From an uncultured Methanomicrobiales archaeon (lineage in GTDB: Archaea; Halobacteriota; Methanomicrobia; Methanomicrobiales; Methanospirillaceae): a stretch of 64,000 nt of DNA. Position 1 is the first letter of the stretch. Every line of letters starts with the position of its first letter. This document shows, piece by piece, positions 41,757 through 51,441 of the stretch. The position numbers and the translations under genes are program-made. The stretch spans positions 736,001 through 800,000 of the forward strand of contig OY969100.1 of the NCBI GenBank assembly GCA_963697895.1, read 5' to 3'. The notes beneath the pieces were generated by a model. The model worked only from the letters and a program-made list of their open reading frames with translations, was not told where the DNA came from and made no database searches.

Positions 41757-42296
41757 ATGTTTGCCCTTATTTTTTGGGATTCTACCGCACCGGGCGGTAT
41801 TGAACTTCCGGTATTGCGAACAATCACTGCGATCATCGGTATTCCGGCGAAGGTGACAGGGAGCTGTATACTCCTGGATGGGTTTGTAGGAGCGCGAAAA
41901 CAGATTGACGCAAAAGTAGTTCTTGATAGTATGGAGATCTACACGCACCGCACAGGATTCAGTCATCCTCTCCTCCTGGTAATCGGGCAGGATCTCTTCC
42001 GTGACGGAACCCCATCTCTCTTCGGGCTCGCACGACCGGAAACGGGTGTTGCGGTGATCTCCACCGCACGCCTTTCCAACGAGTTTTATGGTCTGTACCA
42101 GAACGATGAGGAATTTATAAATCGGATATCCAGGGAAGGCGCTCATGAGATCGGGCACCTTTTCGGTCTCGGACATTGTTCAGATCCGGAATGTGTCATG
42201 TTCAACCCCTGCACCCTTGACGAGCTGGATCGGAAGAGGAATCAGTTCTGTCAATCGTGTAAGCGGGCAATAGAGAGTGCGATCGCGCAGTCTTAA
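41757..42296 (+). CDS. amzA: Archaemetzincin zinc metalloprotease
   Basis: HEIGHLFGLGHC..PECVM...FCQSC. Confidence 0.92.
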   Translation: MFALIFWDSTAPGGIELPVLRTITAIIGIPAKVTGSCILLDGFVGARKQIDAKVVLDSMEIYTHRTGFSHPLLLVIGQDLFRDGTPSLFGLARPETGVAVISTARLSNEFYGLYQNDEEFINRISREGAHEIGHLFGLGHCSDPECVMFNPCTLDELDRKRNQFCQSCKRAIESAIAQS

Positions 42297-42554
42297 ATGA
42301 GAATTGAACGATATCTCTTTTTCGGAGTTTTTTTACAGTCTTTTCGTGACCCGGCCTATTTATCGACCGGTATCTGGAAGACCGTACGTTGTTTATTTCC
42401 ATTACAATTTACAAATATCGGATGTTTCAGAAACATAATTGCGATATCATATTTTCGGGTTTCATTGCCAAAATCTGGCATTCCACTAGGATTAAAATCT
42501 TTCGGCGCCCTTAAAATGAGCGGCGCTGATCTCTCAAGAACCCTTAAGATTCTG

Positions 42555-43262
42555 TCATTCCGGGATAGTGGTGACAATCCGCTCTTTATCAAGGAATCTG
42601 GTCAGGTATCCTGTGATCAGAAGCAGCAGCACCGCAAGGAAGAACAGGGAAACAAGAACCTGCCAGCTGATGATGAACGATGCCCCAAGCAGTTCGCGGG
42701 TAAATGTGATGAGCAGGATCAGGGCGAAGATAATCCCGAAATTGAGGATCTGATTTTCACGCATCCCAAGAAGGAGCTGGGAAAAGCCAATCAATCCGGC
42801 GGCCGATGCGATAAACAGGGGAACGATAAGGAATATATGTAAGAATATCAGGAATCCTGGGAGGATTAGGGCTCCGTTGGCGGCGGACGCCCCTCCGATT
42901 ATCAATGTGGCCGCAAGAAGCGTCAGCAGATATGCCGGTATCGTTACCCCGAGCACTTTACCTATCCATATCCTGCGAAGGGAAAGCGGTGTACAGAGGA
43001 GTGTCTCGATGACGTGCTCCTGTTTCTCCCGGAAAAATGCCTGCCCCGTAAAGATATACCCAATAAAAATCCCGAGTGTAAGCACCAGGTAAAATCCCAG
43101 CTGATCGATGCTATTGCCTGCATTACCAGGTTGGTCTGCTCCGAACGCAGGTGCAGATACAAACCCGAAGACAACGACAAAGAGGAATGCCGAGATGAGA
43201 ACATTCCTCGAACGGACGATCTGCTGGATCTCCTTTCTGGCAACAACAAGGATATCATTCAT
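42555..43262 (-). CDS. ABC-2 type exporter permease
   Basis: VARKE, REK....ETLLCTPLS...IGK; multiple TM helices. Confidence 0.88.
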   Translation of the reverse strand: MNDILVVARKEIQQIVRSRNVLISAFLFVVVFGFVSAPAFGADQPGNAGNSIDQLGFYLVLTLGIFIGYIFTGQAFFREKQEHVIETLLCTPLSLRRIWIGKVLGVTIPAYLLTLLAATLIIGGASAANGALILPGFLIFLHIFLIVPLFIASAAGLIGFSQLLLGMRENQILNFGIIFALILLITFTRELLGASFIISWQVLVSLFFLAVLLLLITGYLTRFLDKERIVTTIPE

Positions 43263-43267
43263 GGCGA

Positions 43268-44191
43268 TTATGCCTCCGCCTGACGCATTACATCCAGATA
43301 GATCTCCTCCAGTGTCCGTGAAACCTTTATCGCCTCTTCTATGCTGATCCCTTGGCGTATAAGGCAATCGAGCATGGGAGATGCTGACTTACCGGCCAAG
43401 ACCATCCGAATCCTATCACCCTCCTGAATTACTTCCTTAACCTGCGGATCAGCACTCAGAACTACGATGGCGGGATCTATCTCTTTGGGATCCGCAAGCG
43501 TAATCAGCATTGTCGTGATCCCGGTACCGGCTGTAAGTCGCTGTATCGAATCGAGTGCCTGAATCTTGCCCCGGTGAAGGATCGCAACACGCGAACAGAC
43601 ACGGGATACTTCGTCAAGATTATGCGAGTTTAAAAATATCGTAATTGATTCGCGTCTGGAAAGCTCGAGGATAAGTTCCCGCACCATATGCTGGGCTTCC
43701 GGATCGAGGCCCGATGATGGTTCGTCAAAGAACAGGATCTCCGGATCGTGGAGAATTGCCCGGGCAACGCCGAGTTTTCGTTTCATTCCCGTGGAGAGCA
43801 TCCCGACCATCTGATTCCTCGATTCAGAGAGACCGACAAACGACAGAAGTTCAGAAATCCTTTCTTCACGATGGGGTACCCGGTAGAGGCGAGCAAAATA
43901 ATCGAGGTTCTCGTACGCGTTCAGTCGTTCATACAGCCCGTTATTTTCCAGCAGTACACCAACCTTGTGGCGAATGGCATCTTGATCCGAGAGCGAATAT
44001 CCGAGTACCGAAGCCTTACCACTGTCCGGCCGGAGGAGGCCGAGGAGGAGCCGCATCGTGGTTGTCTTCCCGGCACCGTTCGGCCCGAGAAATCCAAAGA
44101 CCTCGCCCTGTTCGATCGAAAAGCTGATACCATCCAATACAGATCGCCCATGAAAACTCTTTTTCAGCCCTTGGATCTCAATAACGCTCAA
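43268..44191 (-). CDS. ABC-2 type exporter ATPase
   Basis: GPNGAGKT, LSTGMKRK, FFDEPSSGLD; probable TTG start at 44191. Confidence 0.92.
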   Translation of the reverse strand: MSVIEIQGLKKSFHGRSVLDGISFSIEQGEVFGFLGPNGAGKTTTMRLLLGLLRPDSGKASVLGYSLSDQDAIRHKVGVLLENNGLYERLNAYENLDYFARLYRVPHREERISELLSFVGLSESRNQMVGMLSTGMKRKLGVARAILHDPEILFFDEPSSGLDPEAQHMVRELILELSRRESITIFLNSHNLDEVSRVCSRVAILHRGKIQALDSIQRLTAGTGITTMLITLADPKEIDPAIVVLSADPQVKEVIQEGDRIRMVLAGKSASPMLDCLIRQGISIEEAIKVSRTLEEIYLDVMRQAEA

Positions 44192-44396
44192 AAAAAGTAA
44201 CCCCTTGTGCTCATTATTCTGATAGGCCCCATAAGGAATTCTTCTCTGTGACAGAAGATACTCGGTTGATATTGAATGATCCGGTTTATTCTCGTCCTGC
44301 CGCCGCACCAGTCCTGGCAAGCTTGTGATTTGGGAATAAATCCGGGTACAAAATATCCCATCGAGGGCAAAAGATGGCTTAAACCGATAAAAGAGA

Positions 44397-44718
44397 TTAA
44401 CCGAACAGGGCTCCGAGCCCTGCCATGCCGCTCTCTTCTTCTTCCTTCTTTTCCTCCACGGATTCTCCCGCAGCAGGGGCTTCAGCCACACCCGCGGCTG
44501 GCGCACCGGCTGCCGGTGCTGCTACAGCCGCGACCGGTGCGGCAGTCTGCCTTGCTGATCGCCTCGTCGATATTTATCCCTTCAAGGGAAGCAACAAGTG
44601 CCTTTACACGGGATTCATCAACGGCAATACCCGCGGCAGTAAGGACTGCTTTGACATTTTCTTCATTAACCTTCTTTCCTGCCTTGTGCAGCAGAAGTGC
44701 TGCGTAGATATACTCCAT
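44397..44718 (-). CDS. rpl12: Ribosomal stalk protein P1/aL12 (apparent +1 frameshift at 44544-44548)
   Basis: [12 protein letters not shown]-terminus; Ala-rich hinge and [16 protein letters not shown]-terminus restored by reading AGACT as AGCT. Confidence 0.95.
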
Positions 44719-44742
44719 CTCATTCACCTTATCAATTTTAAA

Positions 44743-45597
44743 TCAGCGGCCCTCCACTATTTCTTTAAGGGCCTGTGTTTCTCTGTACGCTTTACCTATA
44801 ATCGCATCAATAACGTCTTTTTCATAGACGCTCGCCTCGATCGCAAGTCCACGAGCTTCCCTGACCGCTTTCGTGATTATCGGCTGGATGGTCTCCCGTG
44901 TTGGAATGGCCGCATTCACCGAGAGATTGAAAGCCTGTACCGATGCCAGAGTGATCTGGTTCAGAACGACTGTCTCATCGATAGCAAGGACTGCAGGCTC
45001 ATAAATGCCACCATCATACCATGCGACCTGGAGGAGAAGACCGATATCCATCGGTTTGATATCCAGTTTGGAGAGGACATCTGCAAGTTTTGCACCAATC
45101 ACCGCACCTTTCTTCACGACGGTCTTAGTCTCACGAATCTTAACCTTGCCTGCCTCGATAGCAGCGGGAATTCCTGCCTGCTGGAGTTCCCCGACGATAG
45201 GTCCCGGTTTGAAACTCGTCGGTCCTTTCTCAACAACGATGTCCTCCGGGGCGACCTCGCCAGCCTTGGCTGCCATCTTGGTCTTGGTCTTCTCCAGCGT
45301 TCTAAATAACCGGAACGGGTTCTCGTTCGTAAAGATCAGGGCGGAGTGCCCGGAAACAAACCCGCTTACTTCCTTTTTATCCCCTCCGATCTCTTCGAAA
45401 GCATGTTTAATCAGGGTGTTACGCGTCATCCTGATGACTGCCGTTCCGCGGAGATTGCGCCGGATCTGCTGGACCTGGGTTCCTGGTATTCCGTACATAT
45501 CGACCAGACCAACGAGGGTATACTGATCCGCATACCGTTTAATCTCCTCGATCTCCTTGCGCTTCCATTCCGGGAGATGATGAGTGTACAATGCCAT
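44743..45597 (-). CDS. rpl10: 50S ribosomal protein L10 (P0)
   Basis: PEWK, RNTL, FTNENPF, GPTSFKPGP. Confidence 0.96.
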   Translation of the reverse strand: MALYTHHLPEWKRKEIEEIKRYADQYTLVGLVDMYGIPGTQVQQIRRNLRGTAVIRMTRNTLIKHAFEEIGGDKKEVSGFVSGHSALIFTNENPFRLFRTLEKTKTKMAAKAGEVAPEDIVVEKGPTSFKPGPIVGELQQAGIPAAIEAGKVKIRETKTVVKKGAVIGAKLADVLSKLDIKPMDIGLLLQVAWYDGGIYEPAVLAIDETVVLNQITLASVQAFNLSVNAAIPTRETIQPIITKAVREARGLAIEASVYEKDVIDAIIGKAYRETQALKEIVEGR

Positions 45598-45598
45598 G

Positions 45599-46243
45599 CT
45601 ACACCAACCTCTCTGCCGGCCCCATCGTCGTTTTCACATAGACCGACCGGATATTGAGATGTCCCTGCTCCAGAACGGACTCAACCCTCTTCAAAACGGT
45701 GTCGATATTTTCAGCGATCTGTTCCGGTGCCATCTGTGTCGTCCCGACTTTCACATGAAAGACTTTCTTATCCTTGGTCCGTATCTTCACAGAATTTCGG
45801 AGACGATCAACGATGGGCCTGATATCCGTCCCGCTTGGGATGGGCATCGGCATGCGGCCCCGTGGTCCGAGGCGCGGCCCCAGGAATCGTCCTACCGAAG
45901 GCATCACTCCCGTTTCTGCGAGGAAAAACCGGTACGCATTCGCTATCTTCCGTGCTTCGCGGGGTTCTCCTCCGAGACGTTCTATCTCTTCGGGACCGAT
46001 GATCAGATCCACGCCGGCTTCTTTGGCCTGCGTCACAATATCCCCTTTTCCAAGCACCACAATGCTGTTCTGTTTTCCGGTGCCGAAGGGGAGAAGAATC
46101 GTTTCGTCGATACGATTTTTCGGCTGCGCCATATCGATATTCTTGAGATTGACGGTAATATCTACGCTCTCAGAGAATTTTCGTTCAGGCGCTTTTTCAA
46201 CAGCCGACTTTACGGCCTGCAAAATTCTGGCCCTTTCAACCAT
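45599..46243 (-). CDS. rpl1: 50S ribosomal protein L1
   Basis: RKFSESVD, LGPRGRMP, VKTTMGP. Confidence 0.97.
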   Translation of the reverse strand: MVERARILQAVKSAVEKAPERKFSESVDITVNLKNIDMAQPKNRIDETILLPFGTGKQNSIVVLGKGDIVTQAKEAGVDLIIGPEEIERLGGEPREARKIANAYRFFLAETGVMPSVGRFLGPRLGPRGRMPMPIPSGTDIRPIVDRLRNSVKIRTKDKKVFHVKVGTTQMAPEQIAENIDTVLKRVESVLEQGHLNIRSVYVKTTMGPAERLV

Positions 46244-46252
46244 CTGATTCCT

Positions 46253-46285
46253 CCATAGTACTCGACCTTTTTAGATCTTCTATGG
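46253..46285 (-). promoter_or_regulatory. Hairpin with loop-E-type internal loop overlapping the rpl1 Shine-Dalgarno
   Basis: CCATAG-AA-GATCT-AAAA-AGGTC-GAGTA-CTATGG followed by AGG. Confidence 0.5.
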
Positions 46286-46295
46286 TGTGTTCTCT

Positions 46296-46772
46296 CTACT
46301 CTGCGAGGAGCTTATCATAGACTCCCGCATTTATCGCGGCGATAGCATCTTTCGGTTTTTTACCATCAACGGTAACACCGACGCTGACGCAGGTACCAAC
46401 AACTTCCTTGACCGCATTCCGAAGGTCATAAGAGAGCATATCGTCGCGCTTCATACGGGCGATTCTGATTGCGGCCTCGATCTGCAAATCTCCGACCACC
46501 GTGGTGGCCGGCTCCGGGGAACCCTTCTCGATATTAACCTCTTTTTTAATGAGAGCCGTCGTAGGCGGGACGCCTACCGAGACCGTGAAGTTCTTCTTGT
46601 CATCGACCTCGATCTTCACCGGCACCTGCATGCCGTTGAACGTCGAGGTCTTGCTGTTGATCATGTCAACAACTGCCTTCACATTAATGCCGAGTGGTCC
46701 GAGAGCAGGTCCTATCGGTGGACCTGCAGTCGCCTTCCCTCCGGATACCAATACCTCGACCACTTCTGCCAT
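46296..46772 (-). CDS. rpl11: 50S ribosomal protein L11
   Basis: GGKATAGPPIGPALGPLG. Confidence 0.97.
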   Translation of the reverse strand: MAEVVEVLVSGGKATAGPPIGPALGPLGINVKAVVDMINSKTSTFNGMQVPVKIEVDDKKNFTVSVGVPPTTALIKKEVNIEKGSPEPATTVVGDLQIEAAIRIARMKRDDMLSYDLRNAVKEVVGTCVSVGVTVDGKKPKDAIAAINAGVYDKLLAE

Positions 46773-46875
46773 AGTATCTCCATGCCGTCCCCTCTCGGTG
46801 ACGTAGCGTGGGTTAAATAAGGTTGACGCGGGGAGATTTAAAGGTAGTACCAGAACAACATACAGGAGTTCAGCC

Positions 46876-47349
46876 TTATGTCATGTCACCTTTATCAACT
46901 ACTCGGACATTATCGCCCCGTACGGTGATGGGGATGGGAAGTACACTCTCATAGAGTTCCACGGTAATCTCTTCTTTACCCGCATCTATTCGTTTCACAA
47001 CCGCCTTTTCTCCCTTGAATGGTCCCGCGATCAGTTCAACGATAGTACCCTCGCTGATACCGGATACGACCGGTTTTGGCACGAGGAAGTGGCCTACTTC
47101 GCTCAGGCTTGTCTCCCCGCGGACGACGGTGCGCGCGTGTGGAACTTTCTCTACGAGCTGCTCGACCCGCGGGAGGCTCTCTGGAGTCTCAACAAGGACA
47201 TATCCCTTCAATTCGTCCGGGACGATAACGGCAACAACCTTAACATCGGTCGCTTTGGTATCGATTGCTTTTTTGATATTGTCTGCTACCGTCCGCTCCT
47301 GCTTCGAGGTCGTCTTGATGGCAAAAATTCGGTTTGGATTTTCTTCCAT
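46876..47349 (-). CDS. spt5: Transcription elongation factor Spt5/NusG
   Basis: LKGYVLVE NGN domain; KOW GPFKGEKA. Confidence 0.96.
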   Translation of the reverse strand: MEENPNRIFAIKTTSKQERTVADNIKKAIDTKATDVKVVAVIVPDELKGYVLVETPESLPRVEQLVEKVPHARTVVRGETSLSEVGHFLVPKPVVSGISEGTIVELIAGPFKGEKAVVKRIDAGKEEITVELYESVLPIPITVRGDNVRVVDKGDMT

Positions 47350-47354
47350 GGGGA

Positions 47355-47552
47355 TCAGACCGATGCAGCGAAGAACAGCTTGTAGATGATAAATCCGATG
47401 ATCCCAACGACGGCGACACCCGCGGCCGCAACCAGGGCGATCTTTTTGTATTCATCCCATTTCGGCGTCCTCGCAAGTTTGAGGATTCGGATGTATTTCC
47501 TGAATAACTCTTCATTCAGGTTCAATTTTAAATTCGGTTTCGGGAGCTCCAT
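47355..47552 (-). CDS. secE: Protein translocase SecE/Sec61 gamma
   Basis: YIRILKLARTPKWDEY plus TM; conserved ftsZ-secE-spt5 order. Confidence 0.93.
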   Translation of the reverse strand: MELPKPNLKLNLNEELFRKYIRILKLARTPKWDEYKKIALVAAAGVAVVGIIGFIIYKLFFAASV

Positions 47553-47557
47553 AGTGA

Positions 47558-48649
47558 TCACTTCAGGAAGTCGATCTCAAACTGCTTCTGCACTTTGGGG
47601 GTAATCTTTTCGTTTCTTCCATATATTTGTGGTGACCGTACACCGGTGACCACGAGCATGGTCCGCATACGGTTCTGCATCTCCGGGTCTATCTGAGCGC
47701 CCCATATAATGCGCGCATTGGGGTCGATCCGGTTATAGACCTCCTGTACAACTCCTTCCGCTTCTTCCATAGTCATATCGGGTCCCCCGATGACATTGAC
47801 GAGCGCGGCGGTTGCTCCCGAAATATCCACATCGAGCAAAGGCGAACGGATCGCCTTCTTTACCGAGTCTCCCGCTTTATCTTCACTATCGCTCTCCCCC
47901 ATCCCAATCATTGCGACACCGCCCCGCTCCATAACCGTGCGGACGTCAGCGAAGTCGAGGTTGACCAGCCCGGGCATGGTGATCAGTTCCGTGATTCCCT
48001 TGACGGCTCGCATGAGGACCTCATCCGCCACCTTAAACGCCGCGTACAGGGGGAGTTTCGGTACAACCTCAAGGAGCCGGTCATTTGGAACAACAATGAC
48101 GGTATCGGTGACATCCCTCAGCCTTTCAAGTCCGGCTTCGGCATTTTCCATCCGGATGGAGCCTTCAGCCGTGAACGGCAGTGTCACTATTGCAATCGTG
48201 AGGGCTCCTTCCTCATGCGCTGCTTTGGCAACGATGGGTGCGCATCCGGTCCCCGTGCCGCCCCCGAGCCCCACAGTAATGAACACCATGTCGCATCCCG
48301 ATACTGCATGCTTGATGTCCTGCTCGTTCTCGAGCGCCGCTTCCTCTCCAATCTGCGGAATGGAGCCCGCCCCGAGCCCCCGTGTCCGTTGCCTTCCGAT
48401 CAGAATACGGTAATCGGCCTGCGTTCTCGCAAGGTGCTGTGCATCCGTATTGATGGCAATTAGTTTAGCACCGTGGATACCCTCGTCCATCATGCGGGTG
48501 ATCGTATTGGACCCGCTTCCACCGCATCCGATCACCGTGATTTCGGTCTTTAATTCTTTCAGGATCTGGTCCAGCTCTTCATTATTCTTCGAAGCGTCAA
48601 GTGATTCGTCTTTCACCTTATTGAGTGCCTCTTCGACGATTGATCTCAT
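47558..48649 (-). CDS. ftsZ: Cell division protein FtsZ
   Basis: [30 protein letters not shown]. Confidence 0.98.
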   Translation of the reverse strand: MRSIVEEALNKVKDESLDASKNNEELDQILKELKTEITVIGCGGSGSNTITRMMDEGIHGAKLIAINTDAQHLARTQADYRILIGRQRTRGLGAGSIPQIGEEAALENEQDIKHAVSGCDMVFITVGLGGGTGTGCAPIVAKAAHEEGALTIAIVTLPFTAEGSIRMENAEAGLERLRDVTDTVIVVPNDRLLEVVPKLPLYAAFKVADEVLMRAVKGITELITMPGLVNLDFADVRTVMERGGVAMIGMGESDSEDKAGDSVKKAIRSPLLDVDISGATAALVNVIGGPDMTMEEAEGVVQEVYNRIDPNARIIWGAQIDPEMQNRMRTMLVVTGVRSPQIYGRNEKITPKVQKQFEIDFLK

Positions 48650-49955
48650 ATGTAACGTTCTCCAACCCCGGGATCTGGATTTTTTTCACTATGGTTTTTT
48701 GGACCATCTCAGGGATGATCACCCGATCACCGATCCTGACTTCATGCCCTTTCATCAGGTCTCCGCAGAGTGGTCCTTCGGTGACCCCCAATTCGCGCGC
48801 TTTCAGGGGGTCAAACCTCTTCTTATGGATTGTCAGCTGATCTCCTTCAATTGCAATCTTTTCTTTATAACTAATGATTGTTACGCATAAGGTTATTAAA
48901 TCATGCAATACCTGCGACCGCTCTGCGCTCCCGGTGATAAAAATCGGCAATATCGAACGTTTCGGGGTGGAGATGTGGGCGAACGGAAGGGGTTCGAATG
49001 CCACCAGGAGTGCCTGTTCATCTGCCTTCCGTGCCTCATCAAGGAGTTCCCGGTTAACTTCAAAGAATTCAGGGACCTGTTCCCTTCGCATCCGGTGAAT
49101 ATGGCAGGTTGCGGACGATTCCACCGAAAGTGCCATCTCGATTATGACCCGGAAGGTACCCCATGACAGGTCACCGATAGAGGCGAGATCCCGCTCCCAG
49201 AGCCTGGTAATTCCTAAATTCGTTAGAATCTGCTCCAATCTTCTGATTTCCATTGTGGAAAGCGCTTTGCGGTCGATATATGCAGCAACGGCCCCGGTCT
49301 GCTCCTGCATCCTGCGAACCTGTTCGATGCCGAGATCCGGTATAACCCGGCTTGGTGCGATATGCCCGAATGCACCTCTGGTCGTCAGCGCAATCTGAGT
49401 CTGACGCTGGCAGTAATGCGTCCCCCCTAACCCGATGAGATCAATGGTATCAACCGGTTCGGCATTGATGACGCTCTCTGCTACTGCTTCACCTGCCGCC
49501 TCATCGATCCACTCGTCCTCAGTGCTTCCAATTTCAACAAAAAATGAGGGTGTTTCCAGTTCCGTCGGACCATGATGGGTACTCTCATACGAGACCCGGT
49601 ATCCTGCAGGAGCATGGCAGGAGAGCCCACGCAGGACGGCATGCATCCAACCCGGTGCGGCGGGAGGGAGAATACCTGGTCTCCCGCCGAGGCTGGCATG
49701 AGAGAAATTTCCTGATACATGAACGGTAAGCACCGGTTCCGGTTTTTGACTGACGTGTCTGGAGAGGAAGCAGATCGTATCGGCATCGACTTTCCTGTCG
49801 ATCCGGTCCTGCTCGATAAGCTTGCCCTCTACTTCAATAAGTTCGAACTGGTGAACCCCCCGGATAGGTTTCCCTGAATCGATAATCTGCTCGATATGAC
49901 TGCGAATATTCTTCCCGGCCGGGTCATTACAGGAATTGATCAGGGCAATGTTCAC
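48618..49955 (-). CDS. dtdA: D-aminoacyl-tRNA deacylase (DTD2/GEK1 type) with C-terminal extension
   Basis: [27 protein letters not shown]. Confidence 0.92.
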   Translation of the reverse strand: MNIALINSCNDPAGKNIRSHIEQIIDSGKPIRGVHQFELIEVEGKLIEQDRIDRKVDADTICFLSRHVSQKPEPVLTVHVSGNFSHASLGGRPGILPPAAPGWMHAVLRGLSCHAPAGYRVSYESTHHGPTELETPSFFVEIGSTEDEWIDEAAGEAVAESVINAEPVDTIDLIGLGGTHYCQRQTQIALTTRGAFGHIAPSRVIPDLGIEQVRRMQEQTGAVAAYIDRKALSTMEIRRLEQILTNLGITRLWERDLASIGDLSWGTFRVIIEMALSVESSATCHIHRMRREQVPEFFEVNRELLDEARKADEQALLVAFEPLPFAHISTPKRSILPIFITGSAERSQVLHDLITLCVTIISYKEKIAIEGDQLTIHKKRFDPLKARELGVTEGPLCGDLMKGHEVRIGDRVIIPEMVQKTIVKKIQIPGLENVTYEINRRRGTQ

Positions 49956-50041
49956 CGGTCATTACGCTCCCGTCTGATGAGATTACATATGTATTTCCTT
50001 GATAGTAAACACTATTTCATGATAACTGCACTATTGTTAGT

Positions 50042-50218
50042 ATGAATGCAGAGCAGATCAAAAAAGTCTTCGAGACCGAGGGGATTACTACTGAGATAAA
50101 ATGCCCTGATGCATTCGCGATCGCGGAAAAATACGGCATCTCAAAGACTGATATCTCCCGGTACTGCAACCAGAAAGGGATAAAAATACGGGCATGCCAG
50201 TTGGGCTGCTTCAAATGA
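50042..50218 (+). CDS. 58-aa Cys-containing protein heading the moeA operon (absent from the ORF track)
   Basis: MNAEQIKKVFETEGITTEIKCPDAFAIAEKYGISKTDISRYCNQKGIKIRACQLGCFK; stop overlaps moeA start (ATGA). Confidence 0.85.
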   Translation: MNAEQIKKVFETEGITTEIKCPDAFAIAEKYGISKTDISRYCNQKGIKIRACQLGCFK

Positions 50219-51441
50219 GCCTTTTTTTACATACAATACCCGTTGATGAAGCAATACGGAAGGCGGTCGCTCTCGCCCCGCTGATGCCGGTGGAAGAAGT
50301 CAGACTCTCCGAAGTGCTTTCCAGGGTACTCGCATCGGACATTCACGCCGATATCGATATCCCGGGATTCAATCGATCATCCGTGGATGGATTTGCTGTC
50401 CTCGCCTCGGACACTACAGGTTCAGGGGAAGCGGTGCCCGCGATGCTTACTTTTGTGGGATCGATCGGAATGGGAATGGGAGACCCTCTGGAGTTGCACC
50501 CGGGAGAATGTGCCTATGTCCCGACAGGAGGCCGGGTGCCGGACGGGGCGGATTCTGTTGCCATGATTGAATACTGCGAACGGGCCGGAGATATCATCCT
50601 GATAAAGCGGGCGGTTGCACCGGGGGAGAATCTTGTACGAAGGGACGAAGACTTTGCACGTTCGGAGGTGGTCCTCCATCAGGGAAGACGGCTATCCCCA
50701 CAGGATATGGGGGTACTTGCCGCGGTAGGATGCGATTCGGTACCGGTACGGAAAAGGCCCCGGATCGGGATTATATCGACAGGAAATGAACTAATATCCA
50801 TTCATGAACGGCCTCTTCCCGGTGAGGTCCGGGATGTGAACACGTACCTCTGTAAAGGATTTGTACAAATCTACGGCTGTCAGGCATCCTGTTATGGTAT
50901 TATCCCGGACGACAAGGTTTCGCTCCTTCATGCACTGACCCGGGCGACTGGAGAAAGTGATGCGGTGATCATATCCGGGGGGAGTTCCAAAGATGAACGG
51001 GACATCACTGCATCGGTGATCGGCGAACTCGGTGAGGTGGTTGTTCACGGTGTTGCGATATCGCCGGGTAAGCCTACCATTATCGGGCATGCAGGTAAAA
51101 TCCCGGTCATCGGTCTCCCTGGTCACCCGGCTTCGGCATATATCGTTCTCTTCGTCATCGTGCACCACCTCCTCACCACCATGTGCGGTGAGAGCCACCG
51201 GCAGAGACCAGCGAGAACAGCAATTCTTTCCCAGAATATTCCCTCTGCCCGGGGACGGGAGGAATATGTCCGGGTTCGTATCTTTAATGGAATGGCAGAT
51301 CCCCTCTACGGAAAATCCGGTCTCCTCAACACGCTCGTGCGGAGCGACGGGGTTGTATCCATACCGGCGGGCTGTGAAGGATATGAGAAAGGCGACACGG
51401 TGGAGGTGCTCCTGTGGGAGAACGGTACCTTAACGTCATAA
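50215..51441 (+). CDS. moeA: Molybdopterin molybdotransferase MoeA
   Basis: SSVDGFA, TGG..P.GAD, STGNEL, SGGSS, PGKP, LPGHP. Confidence 0.94.
   Translation: MSLFLHTIPVDEAIRKAVALAPLMPVEEVRLSEVLSRVLASDIHADIDIPGFNRSSVDGFAVLASDTTGSGEAVPAMLTFVGSIGMGMGDPLELHPGECAYVPTGGRVPDGADSVAMIEYCERAGDIILIKRAVAPGENLVRRDEDFARSEVVLHQGRRLSPQDMGVLAAVGCDSVPVRKRPRIGIISTGNELISIHERPLPGEVRDVNTYLCKGFVQIYGCQASCYGIIPDDKVSLLHALTRATGESDAVIISGGSSKDERDITASVIGELGEVVVHGVAISPGKPTIIGHAGKIPVIGLPGHPASAYIVLFVIVHHLLTTMCGESHRQRPARTAILSQNIPSARGREEYVRVRIFNGMADPLYGKSGLLNTLVRSDGVVSIPAGCEGYEKGDTVEVLLWENGTLTS

Noticed and set aside
43268-44506. N-terminal extensions on the ABC ATPase, korC (29338), UPF0146 (42176) and nitroreductase (18271)
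   Set aside because: They overlap neighbouring genes in other frames; internal starts give normal family lengths.
44397-44718. True pseudogene or programmed frameshift in rpl12 and the other split genes
   Set aside because: No slippery sequence; the same AGCT-linked insertion also hits a tRNA, which is not translated.
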